Source: Felis catus
Taxonomy: Eukaryota
DNA length: 64,000 nucleotides
Direction of reading: 5' to 3'
NCBI RefSeq assembly: GCF_018350175.1
Contig: NC_058373.1
Location: forward strand, 109,432,001 to 109,496,000
Each line of letters begins with the position of its first letter. Within the stretch, counting starts at the first letter, position 1. Both the position numbers and the translations under genes were made by a program. Of this stretch, positions 38,561-50,959 are shown in pieces. Under the pieces are notes generated by a model that saw nothing but the letters and a program-made list of their open reading frames with translations, searched no databases and was not told where the DNA came from.

Positions 38561-38681
38561 GCTTTTTATCAGTCATACCTAAATTAGACACACAGTTCTG
38601 TCATTCACTGGTAATTTTGATTTCGGTCAAGTCATTTAACTCTCTAGTTTGTAGTGGTTTGGGGGTGGGAGGGGAGTTGAT

Positions 38682-39044
38682 TTTGTTTTTTTGTTTTTTT
38701 TGTTTTTAAGTAGGCTTCACATCCAGCATGCAGCCCAAAGTAGGGCTTGAACTCATGACCCTGAGGTCAAGACTTGAGCTGAGATCAAGAGTTGGACACT
38801 TAACCAACTGAGCCATCCACATGCCCCATTAAATTTTATTTATTTATTTTGAGAGAGAGAGAGAGAACATGTATGTGTGAGTGGGGAAGGGGACAGAGAG
38901 AGAGAAGGAGAGAGAGAATCCCAAGTAGTCTCTGTGCTATCAGCACACAGCCCAGTGTGGGCTCAATCTCACGAAACATGAGATCATGACCTGAGCTGAA
39001 ACCAAGAGTCAGACCCTCAACCAACTGAGCCACCCAGGTGCCCT
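38682..39044 (-). mobile_element. Two adjacent minus-strand Can-SINEs (~38682-38828 and ~38834-39044)
   Basis: Two reverse-complement heads (aactgagccatccacatgcccc; aactgagccacccaggtgccc). Confidence 0.88.
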
Positions 39045-40349
39045 TAGTCTGTAGTTTCTTTACGTGTAAAATGAAGATATAATAGGACTTACTTCATCTA
39101 GGACATATGAAGATTAACTGAGCCAATGTGTCAATATGTTTAACAGTGTTGAGTAAATGTCAGTAGCTTTTGCTCTTGTTGTTTTTGTTGATGTGGGAGA
39201 GAGACTTGATCCAACTTCTTTGTCCTGTAACATCTGACATACTAGACTGTGTTTTCCCTAACTGTGGTCAGTTTCCACCTTTCAGGGAAGAGTAAACAAC
39301 ACAAAATGTCCCATAGAGTAACTCAATTTAGATTGATGTTAGTCGGTTTGGTTCATAAGAGACTACAATGAGGATGGGAGTTATGAAATATACATATATG
39401 AAGATTTCTTCATAAAGAGAACAGACTCATAGTACTTGGGGGTTTGGATACTGACATGCCTAAAGCAGTGGATCACGTGAAAACAACTTTCTGGGGTCCC
39501 TTCTAGACCTGCGTTTTATTTTCCTTGGTAAAGCCGCCCCCACGCTGTGGGTTTCATCAAATCTCTTCGACTAGAGAATCCTAACTGACAATCTCAAGTA
39601 AATTCTTACATTCTTGGGCATTCAGGCATACTTTCTTCCCTTCTGATACTTGAAAAGATTAATTTTCACAAGGGCTTATTAAATTTAAATCCAAGATAGG
39701 AAGAGCTGTCTTACTCTCCCAAAACTACACTTTGCTGATACAATAATCCCAAGGAAGATTTAGACAACAGCACAAGGGAGGAAGGTGAATTAGGGTACCT
39801 GGAGAGTGGGAAAGAAAGAAAATAAACACAGTCTATTTCTTAGTGCCACTTTCCTCAAGGAAGTTTGCCAGAATATGGAGCTGAGAGCTGACACATGGTT
39901 GACCCCCCCCATGGGCAGCTCTCCATGGCACAGTCCATATCCAAACAGTAAACCATAGTTGGTTTAACATTAAATCAGATTGTCATGTTTCTCATAAAAC
40001 ATTGAGAAGAAATAATAAACAAAATGTGATTTCTGTAGTCATAATAATTATATAAATGTCTGTATCTTTCAAGTAGTGAATCTTACCCATTTGGCTAAGT
40101 GATTAATCAGGAATCACCCCAACCCACTTTCACAATGGCGTTTTCCCCCAACCCCATCTAAGGATGGGGAAACAGTGAGATTCTACATCCTATCATCTCT
40201 TAGGAAAGACATATTTTCATGAGTTCTCTTTCTTATTGCTTGTTGCAATATTTATTCCATAGTCCTCTGTGGAGATTTTATGCTTCTCTGATACGCTATG
40301 CCCATTGTGTTTATTTAAAAGTCTTAGTATCTTTGGTTGCTATTATTTT

Positions 40350-40744
40350 CTTTTTTAATTGAAGTGTAGTTGACACACAACATTACATTGGTTTCAGGTA
40401 TACAACATAGTGACTGGACAAATCTGTACATCATGCCACGTTCACCACAAGTGTAGCTACCGCCTGTCACTATACAACACTATTACAAGACAATTGACTG
40501 TATTCCCTATGCTATACCTTTTCTCCCCATGACTTATTCATTCCATAACTGGAAGCCTGTATCTCCCACTTTATGTTTGTTCATCTGTTTTATTAGCTTC
40601 CACATATAAGTGAAATCGTATGGCACTAGTCTTTCTCTATCTGACTTATTTCACTTAGCATAATACCCTCTAGGTCCATCCATGTTGTCATGAATGACAA
40701 GATATTCTTTTTATGACTGAGTAATATTCCATTGTATGTATGTT

Positions 40745-40776
<32 letters not shown>

Positions 40777-40820
40777 TATATATATATATATGACATCTTC
40801 TTTATCCATTCATCTATCAT
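40350..40820 (-). mobile_element. L1 3' end (older subfamily) with (TG)n(TA)n tract
   Basis: Minus-strand translation DEWIKKM...TWMDLEGIMLSEISQ is the L1 ORF2 C-terminus; typical gacttatttcacttagcataataccctctaggtccatccatgttgtc. Confidence 0.9.
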
Positions 40821-41384
40821 GAGTTTTCTTAATGCTTTAAAAGGTGAGGTCAGTGGCCAGTAGTCAAAGGATAGGTGAGCCATTCCAAGTTGAGGAAAAT
40901 GTGAAGGTCATGAAAAGTAGCATATAAAAAAGAAATGGAAAGGTTACCTGGGAATTAAAAAATTAGAATGCCTTGTATTCTCAAATGGTAATCAAAAACG
41001 TGGCTTTTGAGCTCATACAAAGTGAGATATGAAATAAGTAAGCTCTTGCCCAATCTCTTAGTTTGTTCACCTGTAAAAGAGTTAAATACCTACCTCACAG
41101 ATACGTTGTAAGGAATAAATGAGCTGAAGTACATAAAGCATCTAACAAGCATTGAATGCATGGAAATATTATTATGTATTTTTATGATAATTTAGAAGTA
41201 GCATCATTACTGAAAAAGTATTTTTTATCTCTATCTGGCCTCTTACAGAGCTCTAAGTAACTAACTGTACCTTCTCTGAACTTGATATTCTTGTTGGGGG
41301 TGGGGAGAATCTCAAACGATTTCTCCATTTTTTAGTCCACTCCCAATTTCCTGGCTCCGACGATGAGCAAAAGTGAAGGTAATA

Positions 41385-41690
41385 GCCAGTCACAAAGATA
41401 ACGTATTGTAGGATTTTGTTTATATGGAGTGCCCAGCACAGGCAAATCCATAGGGACGGAGAGTAACTTAGTGGTTTCCAGGGACTGGAGAAATGTGTAA
41501 ATGGGGAGGGACTGCTAACGGTTACAAGGTTTCTTTTGGAAGTGATTAAAATAATCTAACATTGATTGTGGGAGTGGTTGCACAACTCTGTGATTGCACT
41601 AAAAAACCACAGAATTGTACACATTAAATGGATGGATTATATTTATGGCATATGAATTATATCTCAATTTTAAAAGCTGTGAAAAAATAA
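41385..41690 (+). mobile_element. Ancient L1M 3' UTR fragment
   Basis: aggcaaatccatag...ttagtggtttccaggg...gtggttgcacaactctgtg...gaattatatctcaat. Confidence 0.75.
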
Positions 41691-42879
41691 TCGGGAACGG
41701 GAAAAAAGTGAAGATACTAATGTGACCTCTTTGCTTATAAAAGTTAAACTGAAACTGGGTAGTAACTAAAGACTGAAATAACGTGAGGGAAATTTTCATT
41801 TCTAGCCCTTACAAAGATGTATCAAAGTTCTCGATTCCTGAATGCATATTCAGGACAGCTAGAGTTTGACAGCTAGAGTAACAACTGGTTACTTGGCAAA
41901 ATCACTCTTCAGTCTGCCCTCATCCCTATTTCTCCTGTCACTGCTTTATTCATTGTTCTTTCCCTGAATCATTATAACAGCCTCTCAATCAACTTGTCTT
42001 CTCTCCTTCGATTCATCCTCTCCACCACCACCAGAAAGGTTTTCCAAACAAACACAAAAAATCCAAGCATGTCAGTATTCCACTCAATATGATTCACTGG
42101 CTCCCAACCATTTCCAGCATAGAATTGTCTGTCCTTAATTGTTCATGCTCCGACTCCTCCCACCCCCCCGCCACCACCCCACGTGGACCCTGACACTGGG
42201 CCAGACTGAACAATATGTGTTCCCCACACTCTCGCTTCCACGTTTGTATAAGCCACCTGGTACGTCCCACCGTCCTCGCCCACTTGGAAAACTCCTGCAC
42301 ATCCTTTAAAACACAGCTTAAACCTCACCTCCTTCTTACAATCGTTGCTTCTCCAGTTCTACTAGATGATTCCTCTTCTATGATTCCTTCATTCATCCAC
42401 TCATTCACCAAAAATATTTTGAGTGTCTGCTGTAGGTCAGGCACATAGCACCTTGTACATAGCACCCTTTATTATACCAGATCTCATACAGCTGTCACTT
42501 TTTACATTGCAGGCCCCTCCCAATAGACTATGATCCCTCAACAGGAGGCATCGTGTTCTTTTGTCCATCCTTGCATCCCTGCCTCAAGTATCCTGCCTGG
42601 TACATTGTAAATGCTTAATAATTCCATGGATAAATGAAAAAAGGAAACTACAGAGATTATTTGAACATTGCCAACATTACTTACAAACCGCCCCCCCTTC
42701 ACTTCAATATAAAATGCCTGATATATAAGAGATATGTTTTATTGGTGTTAGTAACAGTAATGCCGTGTTTTGGTTGTTCAGATCTAAACAATACGGAAAT
42801 GCAATACACATACACACATATAATTATATATACTTTCATATTTGAACGATGAAATAGACCATTAAAATAAGGTGGTTTT

Positions 42880-43245
42880 GGGGCGCCTGGGTGGCTCAGT
42901 TGGTTAGGCTTCCGACTTCGGCTCAGGTCATGATCTCATGGCTTGTGGGTTCCAGCCCTGTGTCAGACTCTGTACTGAGAGCTCAGAGCCTAGAGCCTGC
43001 TTCGGATTCTGTGTCTCCCTCTCTCTCTCTCTCTCTCTGCCCCTCCCCCACTCATGCTCTGTCTCTCTCTCCTTCAAAATAAATAAACATTAAAAAAATA
43101 ATAATAAGATGGTTTTTCTGGGGCATCTGGGTGGCTCGCTTGGTTGAGCACAGGACTCTTGATTTCTGCTCAGGTCATGATCTCACAATTTGTGACATCG
43201 AGCCCCGCATCAGGCTCTGCCCTGACAACAGGAGTCTTCTTGGGA

Positions 43246-43279
<34 letters not shown>

Positions 43280-43351
43280 GCCCCTCCCCCACTCCGCATG
43301 TGCCCGCACTCTTTCTCTCAAAATAAATATTTTTTGAAATAATAAAAATAA
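42880..43351 (+). mobile_element. Two tandem Can-SINEs (42880-43102 and 43120-43351)
   Basis: Two complete elements, separated and flanked by three related AATAAG(G/A)TGGTTTT-like sequences. Confidence 0.93.
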
Positions 43352-43839
43352 AATAAGATAGCTTTCTCACATTTGACTTTTCAGGTCTTTTTAAAAAAAA
43401 AAACATATATAAACTTGTACTTATGGAAAGATAGGTGAATTTTCCTGTCCCCACAGTTCCCAGTCTACGATGTTACACAAAACTTTGTTTTCTTTAACGT
43501 CAGTTTCACCTGCAAACTGCAAACCGCATTCCCTGCCATTTACTAAATGTATCCACTGAAGAATGATGACCCGCTAAAGACATCAGTTCCCTTTCTTTTG
43601 ACTATGGAATATTTAAAAATCAGTAAACTTGGAAACATTGTGATCCCAAAATACTCCTAGGTTTCCTGCCAAATTTATTCCATCTAATCTAAATCTCCTG
43701 AGGCTTCTATATTAATATAAAAGCACTCACCACTTGGGTAACTCTCTCTTTACTAATATATTAAACTAAGTTCTTAGGCTGCTTGCTTCTTTTGTGATTC
43801 TAAATTATCCAAAGGCATATCAAAACTACTAGTAGTTTC

Positions 43840-44375
43840 AAAATATGATACATTCCACCAGAAAACTGGTCTGGACTCTTCAAAAAATAAAAGCAACATA
43901 GAGAGGGAAAAGGTAAGGAGACCACTCTAGATTAAATACTATGTTTTAACCTGATTGGATCCTGACTTAAAAAAAAAAAAACTACTGAAGACATGTTGTG
44001 GGCAATTAATATGCAATGCATATGTTTAATATGCAATAATTTAGGTTATATTATAACTTAAGGTTAATTTTCTTGCATATAATAATAGTATTGTGGTTTG
44101 GGGGAGAACATCCTTATTTTTTGTTGATGCTGCTAAAGTACTTACGGCTAAAACGTCACCCACACGTCTGCAAATCACTTTCAAATGGTTCAGAGGGAAA
44201 ATCTGTACTCCATATACATGAAGTTATAGAGCATACGCATATGCACCAAAATGTTGACATCATTGAATCTAGGCTGGGGGGGTAGGGTGTTCTAATCATT
44301 CTTTCAACTTTTCAGTATGTTTCAAAGTTTTCAAAACAAAAAAAATTAGGATAAAATCTACTTCAAAAAAAGTTT
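43840..44375 (+). mobile_element. Ancient L1M 3' UTR fragment
   Basis: ggactcttcaaaaa...attggatcctg...attctttcaacttttcagtatgttt motifs. Confidence 0.6.
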
Positions 44376-45105
44376 AAAAAAAAAAAATAATAGTTGTGCC
44401 CTGTGCTGCAACACACGTTTTTCAAATTGAAGTGGTCACTTGGTATTAGAGTTAAATAAATCTGTTGTTGGAACTGATACAGAGAAGGGAGTGCTTGTTT
44501 CCGATTATTAATGCTGGACCTGTGTTTCAGTCAGAAGGTTAAATTATCTGATCCTACTCTAGAACCATCCAGAAGACCTGGAGTTAGAATTCTTTTCTTC
44601 CAGAGAGGAAATTTCAAAATGCAAATGTATTACTTTCTTTAACAAATATTTTTTTTTGCTTGGATAAATATTTCCCCAGGGGAAAAATATGCACATAGGA
44701 CACAGGGAAGAAATTCTCCTTCAAAAACACATTTCATGATTTCATTGTTCTAAAAGCTAAATGCAGCTCTCACAAAGACTGTAAGTGGTTTCTGAAATTT
44801 TCTACATATGTCAAATCTCCCTTTCTACATCCATTCTCTTTCCTCTGACTCCAGAAAGTCTTTTAAGTGGCCAGCACGTTCTAGAAGAGGCTGCAGATGT
44901 CATGAATCACTTGGCATAGTCCCTTTGCTTTAAACAGAGTCTTGTCAACAAAACCCTCCATGTGAACCAAAAATGATGGTAGATGACCCCGCTGAATGCC
45001 TTTTGAGATATTCTTTCCAGCATCCGTATGGGGCATGGAATGTTCTCTAGAGAGGCAAAAGCAGTGAAAGCCCCAAAATTCTCTCTCTGTAGAAAGAAGT
45101 CTGAA

Positions 45106-45147
45106 ACACGCACACACACACACACACATACACGCACACGCGCGCGT

Positions 45148-45182
<35 letters not shown>
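45106..45182. repeat. Compound (CA)n/(CG)n alternating purine-pyrimidine tract
   Basis: Direct reading; the alternation is unbroken over 77 bp. Confidence 0.95.
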
Positions 45183-45183
<1 letters not shown>

Positions 45184-46953
45184 TCTATGGCCTTGAGTTG
45201 AGAAGAGAGGATATTTCGTGAGATATAGTTTGCCGGTTGAAATAAGAGAATATAGCAAGAGAAAAAAATCAGAGTTTCTCTATTACGAAAAAATAGAGCT
45301 AGACGCTAGCAGGCAACAAGATGACATAGCCTAGAAAGCATGATTTGACAAAACATTAACCAGCTCAGTTTATCTCGTGAGAAAAAAAACTTCAAAACAT
45401 GAAAAGATAACTTTCTTCAGGTTCCAAAGTGTTCTACACAGCACTTGAAACAGTATAAATGTTTCAATATCAGTCCCTGGCATCCAATACCAGTCAGATC
45501 AATACCAATCGCTGGAAGAATTTAATTTTAAACACTAAAACATATCTGCTCTTGAGAGGCTGTGTGATTTCTGAAATCCTCCTGGTTTCCCTTAGGCCAG
45601 GGGCAGGAGAGTAGCGTGTGACACGACATTCTGTTAGCTGTTAGTCAAAAACTCCAATTCCACTCTTGTTAAGTTTCGGTTTAATTATGGCTCCAAAGGG
45701 TAATGTCTTGTTCAGTTTTCCCAATAGTATCTGAATATAGAAAAAACAAGAGCTATAATTGAGAAACGCTGGCGAAAATTTAGATATTCGTTGTGTAAGT
45801 CAGATTGTATTGTGAAGTTCTGCTGAATTTGAAGGTTAGGCTGAATTAACTGATGTGTCTCATCGGACCATCTCCATCACACCCAGTCCTGCTATCTCAG
45901 CGCAGGGAGATCAAGGGATTTCTCACCTGCTTTTTCTTCTTTTGCAAGTACAGCTTAGCTGTGAGAGGAATTTTCCTTGCCACTTAAACTAGCTGTTCTC
46001 CCACCCTTCTCTGTCCTGCTAGTCCTATAACTGCTAAGCATTGACAAGATTCGGACCATATTCAACACACTTTAGAGTCATGATAATGGCCTAGATTTCC
46101 ACCAGAAAATCATTGGCCTAACATGGCAAATTTTTCACGGGAAAATTTTTTTCTTAATAACTCCTAAGTGAAAGCTGAAGGGGGGGGGGGGGAATATAGA
46201 GTTAAGGTATATTGAGAAAGCTAAAGTCAGATTCCTCTTAGAAGTATTAAAGACAGCTCCCGTATTCTGCTTGCTTTCTTGTTTGCTTGTTTCTTGGTTT
46301 TGCTCAGGCATAGTTAAAAATAGAGTTTAGACTGGGCCACGTTTAGGAAGTTGTGGAAATAGTTAAAGCAACAGTCATCAGCAGCACGGTATAAAGTTAG
46401 TTTGCCAAAAATCAGGGTCAGGGAAAGTCTCAAGCTATGTCCTTTTCGTTGTGCTTAGGGTGATAACACAGTAGCATGGAGTTTATGGAGTGCCATTCGT
46501 ACTTCGGGAACTATGAGGAGGACTTTCATATATATCAGCACGTTTGCATGGTGATGCTGGGAGTTGACAGTGATTTCTCCATTTTTGGAGAGGAGGACAA
46601 TGCAACACAATCAAGAAACCTGACCATAGTCATGTCCTGTATGAGCAAGTGATGCAGTTGACATCCCATCCCATGCTCATAACCATGAAACCACACTGCC
46701 TTATCACACCGTAGGCTGAAGTGCTGGGTAAATGAGGGGCCCAAACTCAGCTTGTGGTCTTTCTAGATCATTACACACTGCTAAACACAACTTATTTGAA
46801 TGAATGACAAATCATTTTTAAAGTGGAAATTGAAATGAGAGTTCACCCAACGAATTTGACCCATATTACCAGAGAAACTTCAAGGGAGCCTCATAGAATC
46901 TTTGTGGTCCCAAGTCATTCTAGAACATTAGAAGTCAGCAGTCCAAATACTTT

Positions 46954-47156
46954 TTTTAAGTTTGTTTATTTTGAAAGAGAGCGTGCATGCAAGCAGGGCA
47001 TGGGCAGAGAGAGGGGGTGGGGGGAGAGAATCCCAAGCAGACTCCACACTATCAGCACAGAGCCCAACATGGGGCTCAATCTCACAAACTGTGAGATCAT
47101 GACCTGAGTCAAAATCAAGAGTGAGACGCTTAATTGAGTGAGCCACCCAGATGCCC
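46954..47156 (-). mobile_element. Can-SINE
   Basis: Flanked by CAGCAGTCCAA(A/G)TACTTT on both sides. Confidence 0.92.
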
Positions 47157-48446
47157 CAGCAGTCCAAGTACTTTTACTAATGTTTTTGGGAAATTAAAAT
47201 GGCCTCAAGTTGTTTCTGAAGGTTGCTTTGCCCAGAACCCCTAATTTAGCTGTCGGAACCTGATATGATTTACCTACTACACCAGTCAAGGGCTTCTTCT
47301 GCATTTTAGGGGTTAAGAGAAACAGGTCAGGATGTCTTGGCTGTAATTTTGTGATGGTCGTGGCTGTCCACTTTCAGGACAGAAATACACAAAAGCAGAC
47401 TTCTCTCAAGACAAGTAGAGAAAGGGAAACAGAAGGTTCTTTACCAATCCATTTGTGATATTTTCTGGATAAGGGCAGTGGAAAGTGTCATCATGCAAGT
47501 TAGCTCCAGGCTAAAAGACCAGAGATAAAATTCTGAAAAACTAAAATAGCAACCTTTGTGGCTATCTGAATCTCCCTATTTCTAATCCTCAGGACCAATG
47601 GCCCTGACCTGCACTACCTTTATAAAGTGTCATGGCATTTTATATTTGATTCCATACAGTAAATACTCTGTGAATATGGTGGAATGAGAAAAGTGAATAA
47701 TTTATAATATTGAAAATAGGACCCATGAGAAAACCCTAAAGGACTTGGATTTGGTTAATAGGAAGAAGCAAAGCCTGGGAGGTGACTCACGGTCAAACAA
47801 AAACATAAGAAGTTTTAATAATATGAGTATGTGACTCTACTTTCTTTCTGGAATAGTCTAAGTTTTCTTGTGTTTAAAAGAAAGAAAGTAAAGATCCCAT
47901 CCTTTTCTAATGTATTTATTTATTATTGTCATCAAAACCATTAAGTACTCTTTGGCATGAAATATTACTCTATTAGTTGCTGTGTCGAGCAGTTTGGACA
48001 GAAATCTTCCACAGTCCTTTAGGAATTATAGCTTAATTCCTGCAAAGCCTGTTACAGCAACAATATAACAAATACTTGCTGGTTGATTGATCTCAGAGGA
48101 AAAACATGATATGGCTGAAGATGTGAAGGGCTCTGGGCAGCAGAAGAGAAATAGTGAGTAAACAGAAAGATACTGGAATATTTACATTGTATACATGGCA
48201 GGAGCAATAAGGGAGGAGGAGATGATAAATGCCAAGCTCAAAATGTCAAGAAAAACCACCAAGCCCACAAACTGTAGGACCACCTTATAATCCTATGATT
48301 AAGCCTCACAATGGATACTGCATAAATACCTCCTGGCTTTGTAGAACCAGTAAGAACATAATGAAATCAAGTTGTATCAGGATTTTCATGAAATTAGATT
48401 TTTGAAAGAAAATTTTCAACTCATTTAATGTAACTAAGCTATTTAA

Positions 48447-48758
48447 GAGGCATCTGACTGACTCAGTTGGTAGAACATGTGACTCTTGATCTCAGGGCTG
48501 TGAGTTTGAGGCCCAAATTGGGGGTAGAGTTTACTTTAAAGAAATCAAAATAAAAAAGACCAGAGGCACCTGTGTGGCTCAGTCGGTTAAATGTCTGATC
48601 GGCTCAGGTCATGATCTCAGGCTTTGTGGGATCGAGCCCCACATAGGGCTCTATGCTGACTGTGTGGAGTCTGCTTGGGATTCTCTCTCCTTCTCTCTCT
48701 CTCTCCTCTCACCTTCACTCTCTCTCTTTCAAAATAAATAAAGATTTTTTTAAAAGAT
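48447..48758 (+). mobile_element. Two tandem Can-SINEs (short type ~48447-48557; long type ~48563-48758)
   Basis: Two heads (gaggcatctgactgactcag; gaggcacctgtgtggctcag) with A-rich ends. Confidence 0.87.
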
Positions 48759-50728
48759 AATCTAAGACATTTATAACAGGATTCCAATGTATTTGTTTTC
48801 TCATTTGTGATAAGGGTTCCACGAGATGAAAACTGTGTTTTGTTAAGAATGTGTTCAACAGTAGACTATCTAAAAGCTTTTGATTTCAAATTCAACCCAT
48901 GGCAAATCCTTTGCCAATATTTCACTTGCTTTCTTCCCAGAGCACTCATGAGAAATAATGACTAATATAAATCCCAGATATCAAAGACTACCCAGGAAAG
49001 TTCCTTTGAAGTTAGTATCAGTTCCCTAGAGTGGTTCACAAATGCTACTTGGGGACAGCTCTTACACAATGGGAGACCACACCATACATGCATTCATTCC
49101 ATGGTCATCAGAGGTCTGAATTTTTAAAAAAAAAATGTTAATTTTAAACAGCAAGTCAGAAATGCAATGCCATCCCAATAGTACTGGTCATCCATCCTTG
49201 AAGCTTTCTGGGAAGGCAAGGACCAAAAGTTGTTTGCCTCCTCCCACATCTTAGATATAGCCATAATCACTAGAGAAAAAGAAAGAGGTAGAGAGGAAGA
49301 GCTTTCTAGCCCCAGCAACAACTTGCAGGCTTTATTTTTATATTTTAAACAAATATGTATTCCCTTTGTCTCTGGGCACACATTCAGAAGAATGACTTGC
49401 CAGTCGTTTTTGGTAACTTCAAGGGAAAGTTGAGGAGTTACTGATATAAAGAAAAGCAAATATAAGCAAAAGACACTCACATTAACTACCTTTATGTGTT
49501 TTCTGCGGCTTTGCCGATGACAAGGGCATCAATATCCAGTTAACTTTGCAGAGCAGTTAGTTATGTTGTTAAGAACTTACAAGGAGAGAGCACAGGCTGG
49601 CACCCAGGGCACCCTGGGGAGTCAACCTGCGCCCTGCAGGGTGTCTGAGGAAGCACAGCCCCTGTTGATGCTGCTTGATTTGGTAGCCAAATGTCAAGCT
49701 AATATATATTCTGGTCAGAAGACTCCATGGTATGAAGATAAATGGATAAATGGTATAAGTATTCCATTTTTGAAGACCAAATTACCCTCAAGAGAATTAA
49801 AAGGTCCTGGTGGAATCACCGGTGCCTCTCAAAGGTTTCTACCAAATGTCATCTCTTGGTAGAAAAGACTGCCAAGTAAATCCTTTGGGGGTAAGCCCAG
49901 AGGAGGGTGAGCAAGGTGGAAACAGCGGGAGCAAGAGGCGGAGAGCACTGTAGGGCAAGCACCTAGCAGTGACAAGCAGAAAATTTCTTTAGAGCTCCAT
50001 GTTTTGTCTTTAATACCCTTCTGAAATTGGCATTCTATCCCATCGTATATCTTTCTTTGTTTTCATGTGAAAATGAAGTGTTGTCATTTGGCTGTTTTAT
50101 TGGAAGTTGATATTGCAGGAAGAAGCACACCTTTTCTCTCTGTGCCATATCCCTCAAACCCAGTTTCAGAAGCTGAGTCCTGATGAAAAGGCACACATTA
50201 GTAATCACCGTAAGTTTCTTTGCCATAATTCTCTTTAAATAAGCCATTCTCCACCACCATTTTGAGAGAAAAATCCATAAGCTCTTATCCAAACCAAATA
50301 CAACTGCCAACAGACCTATACAAGCAGTTATGTTTTATAGTTATACAAGAGAGGTAAGTCAGAGTTTTAAAATTAAATGGCCACAATTATTTGCTACATG
50401 CAATATTTTTATACAAATAAAAAACTCTGCCAAATAATTCAAACTCATTTGAATTTAATTCATCGCCTATTGAGTTTTGCAGTCAAATCAATAGAAGGCA
50501 TGCGCTGTGTCATCCATATCACCAAATACAAGGAACCCACTGGATTCTAGGGGGCATTGGAATATATATTGTGGGCATAGAAGTATTCAAAATGATAGGG
50601 TGGCCAAATGGAGAACTAAACGAAAAACTAACTGAAGAAAAACTCCCAGGGGAAAAAAGTGATAAAATACACCTTCAGACTCTCCCCACTTTCTACCTGA
50701 ACAAACCCTTCTAAAAGCCAGAGAAAGA

Positions 50729-50959
50729 GGGGCGCCTGGGTGGCGCAGTCGGTTAAGCGTCCGACTTCAGCCAGGTCACGATCTCGCGGTCCGTGAGTTC
50801 GAGCCCCGCGTCGGGCTCTGGGCTGATGGCTCGGAGCCTGGAGCCTGTTTCCCGATTCTGTGTCTCCCTCTCTCTCTGCCCCTCCCCCGTTCATGCTCTG
50901 TCTCTCTCTGTCCCAAAAATAAATAAAAACGTTGAGAAGAAAAAAAAATTTTTTTTTAA
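50729..50959 (+). mobile_element. Very young felid-type Can-SINE
   Basis: CpGs intact throughout; 16-bp TSD AAAAGCCAGAGAAAGA at 50713-50728 and 50960-50975. Confidence 0.96.

Noticed and set aside
50729..50810. tRNA-like A/B-box sequence
   Set aside because: It is the tRNA-derived head of a Can-SINE, followed by a CT tract, A-tail and TSD; not a tRNA gene.
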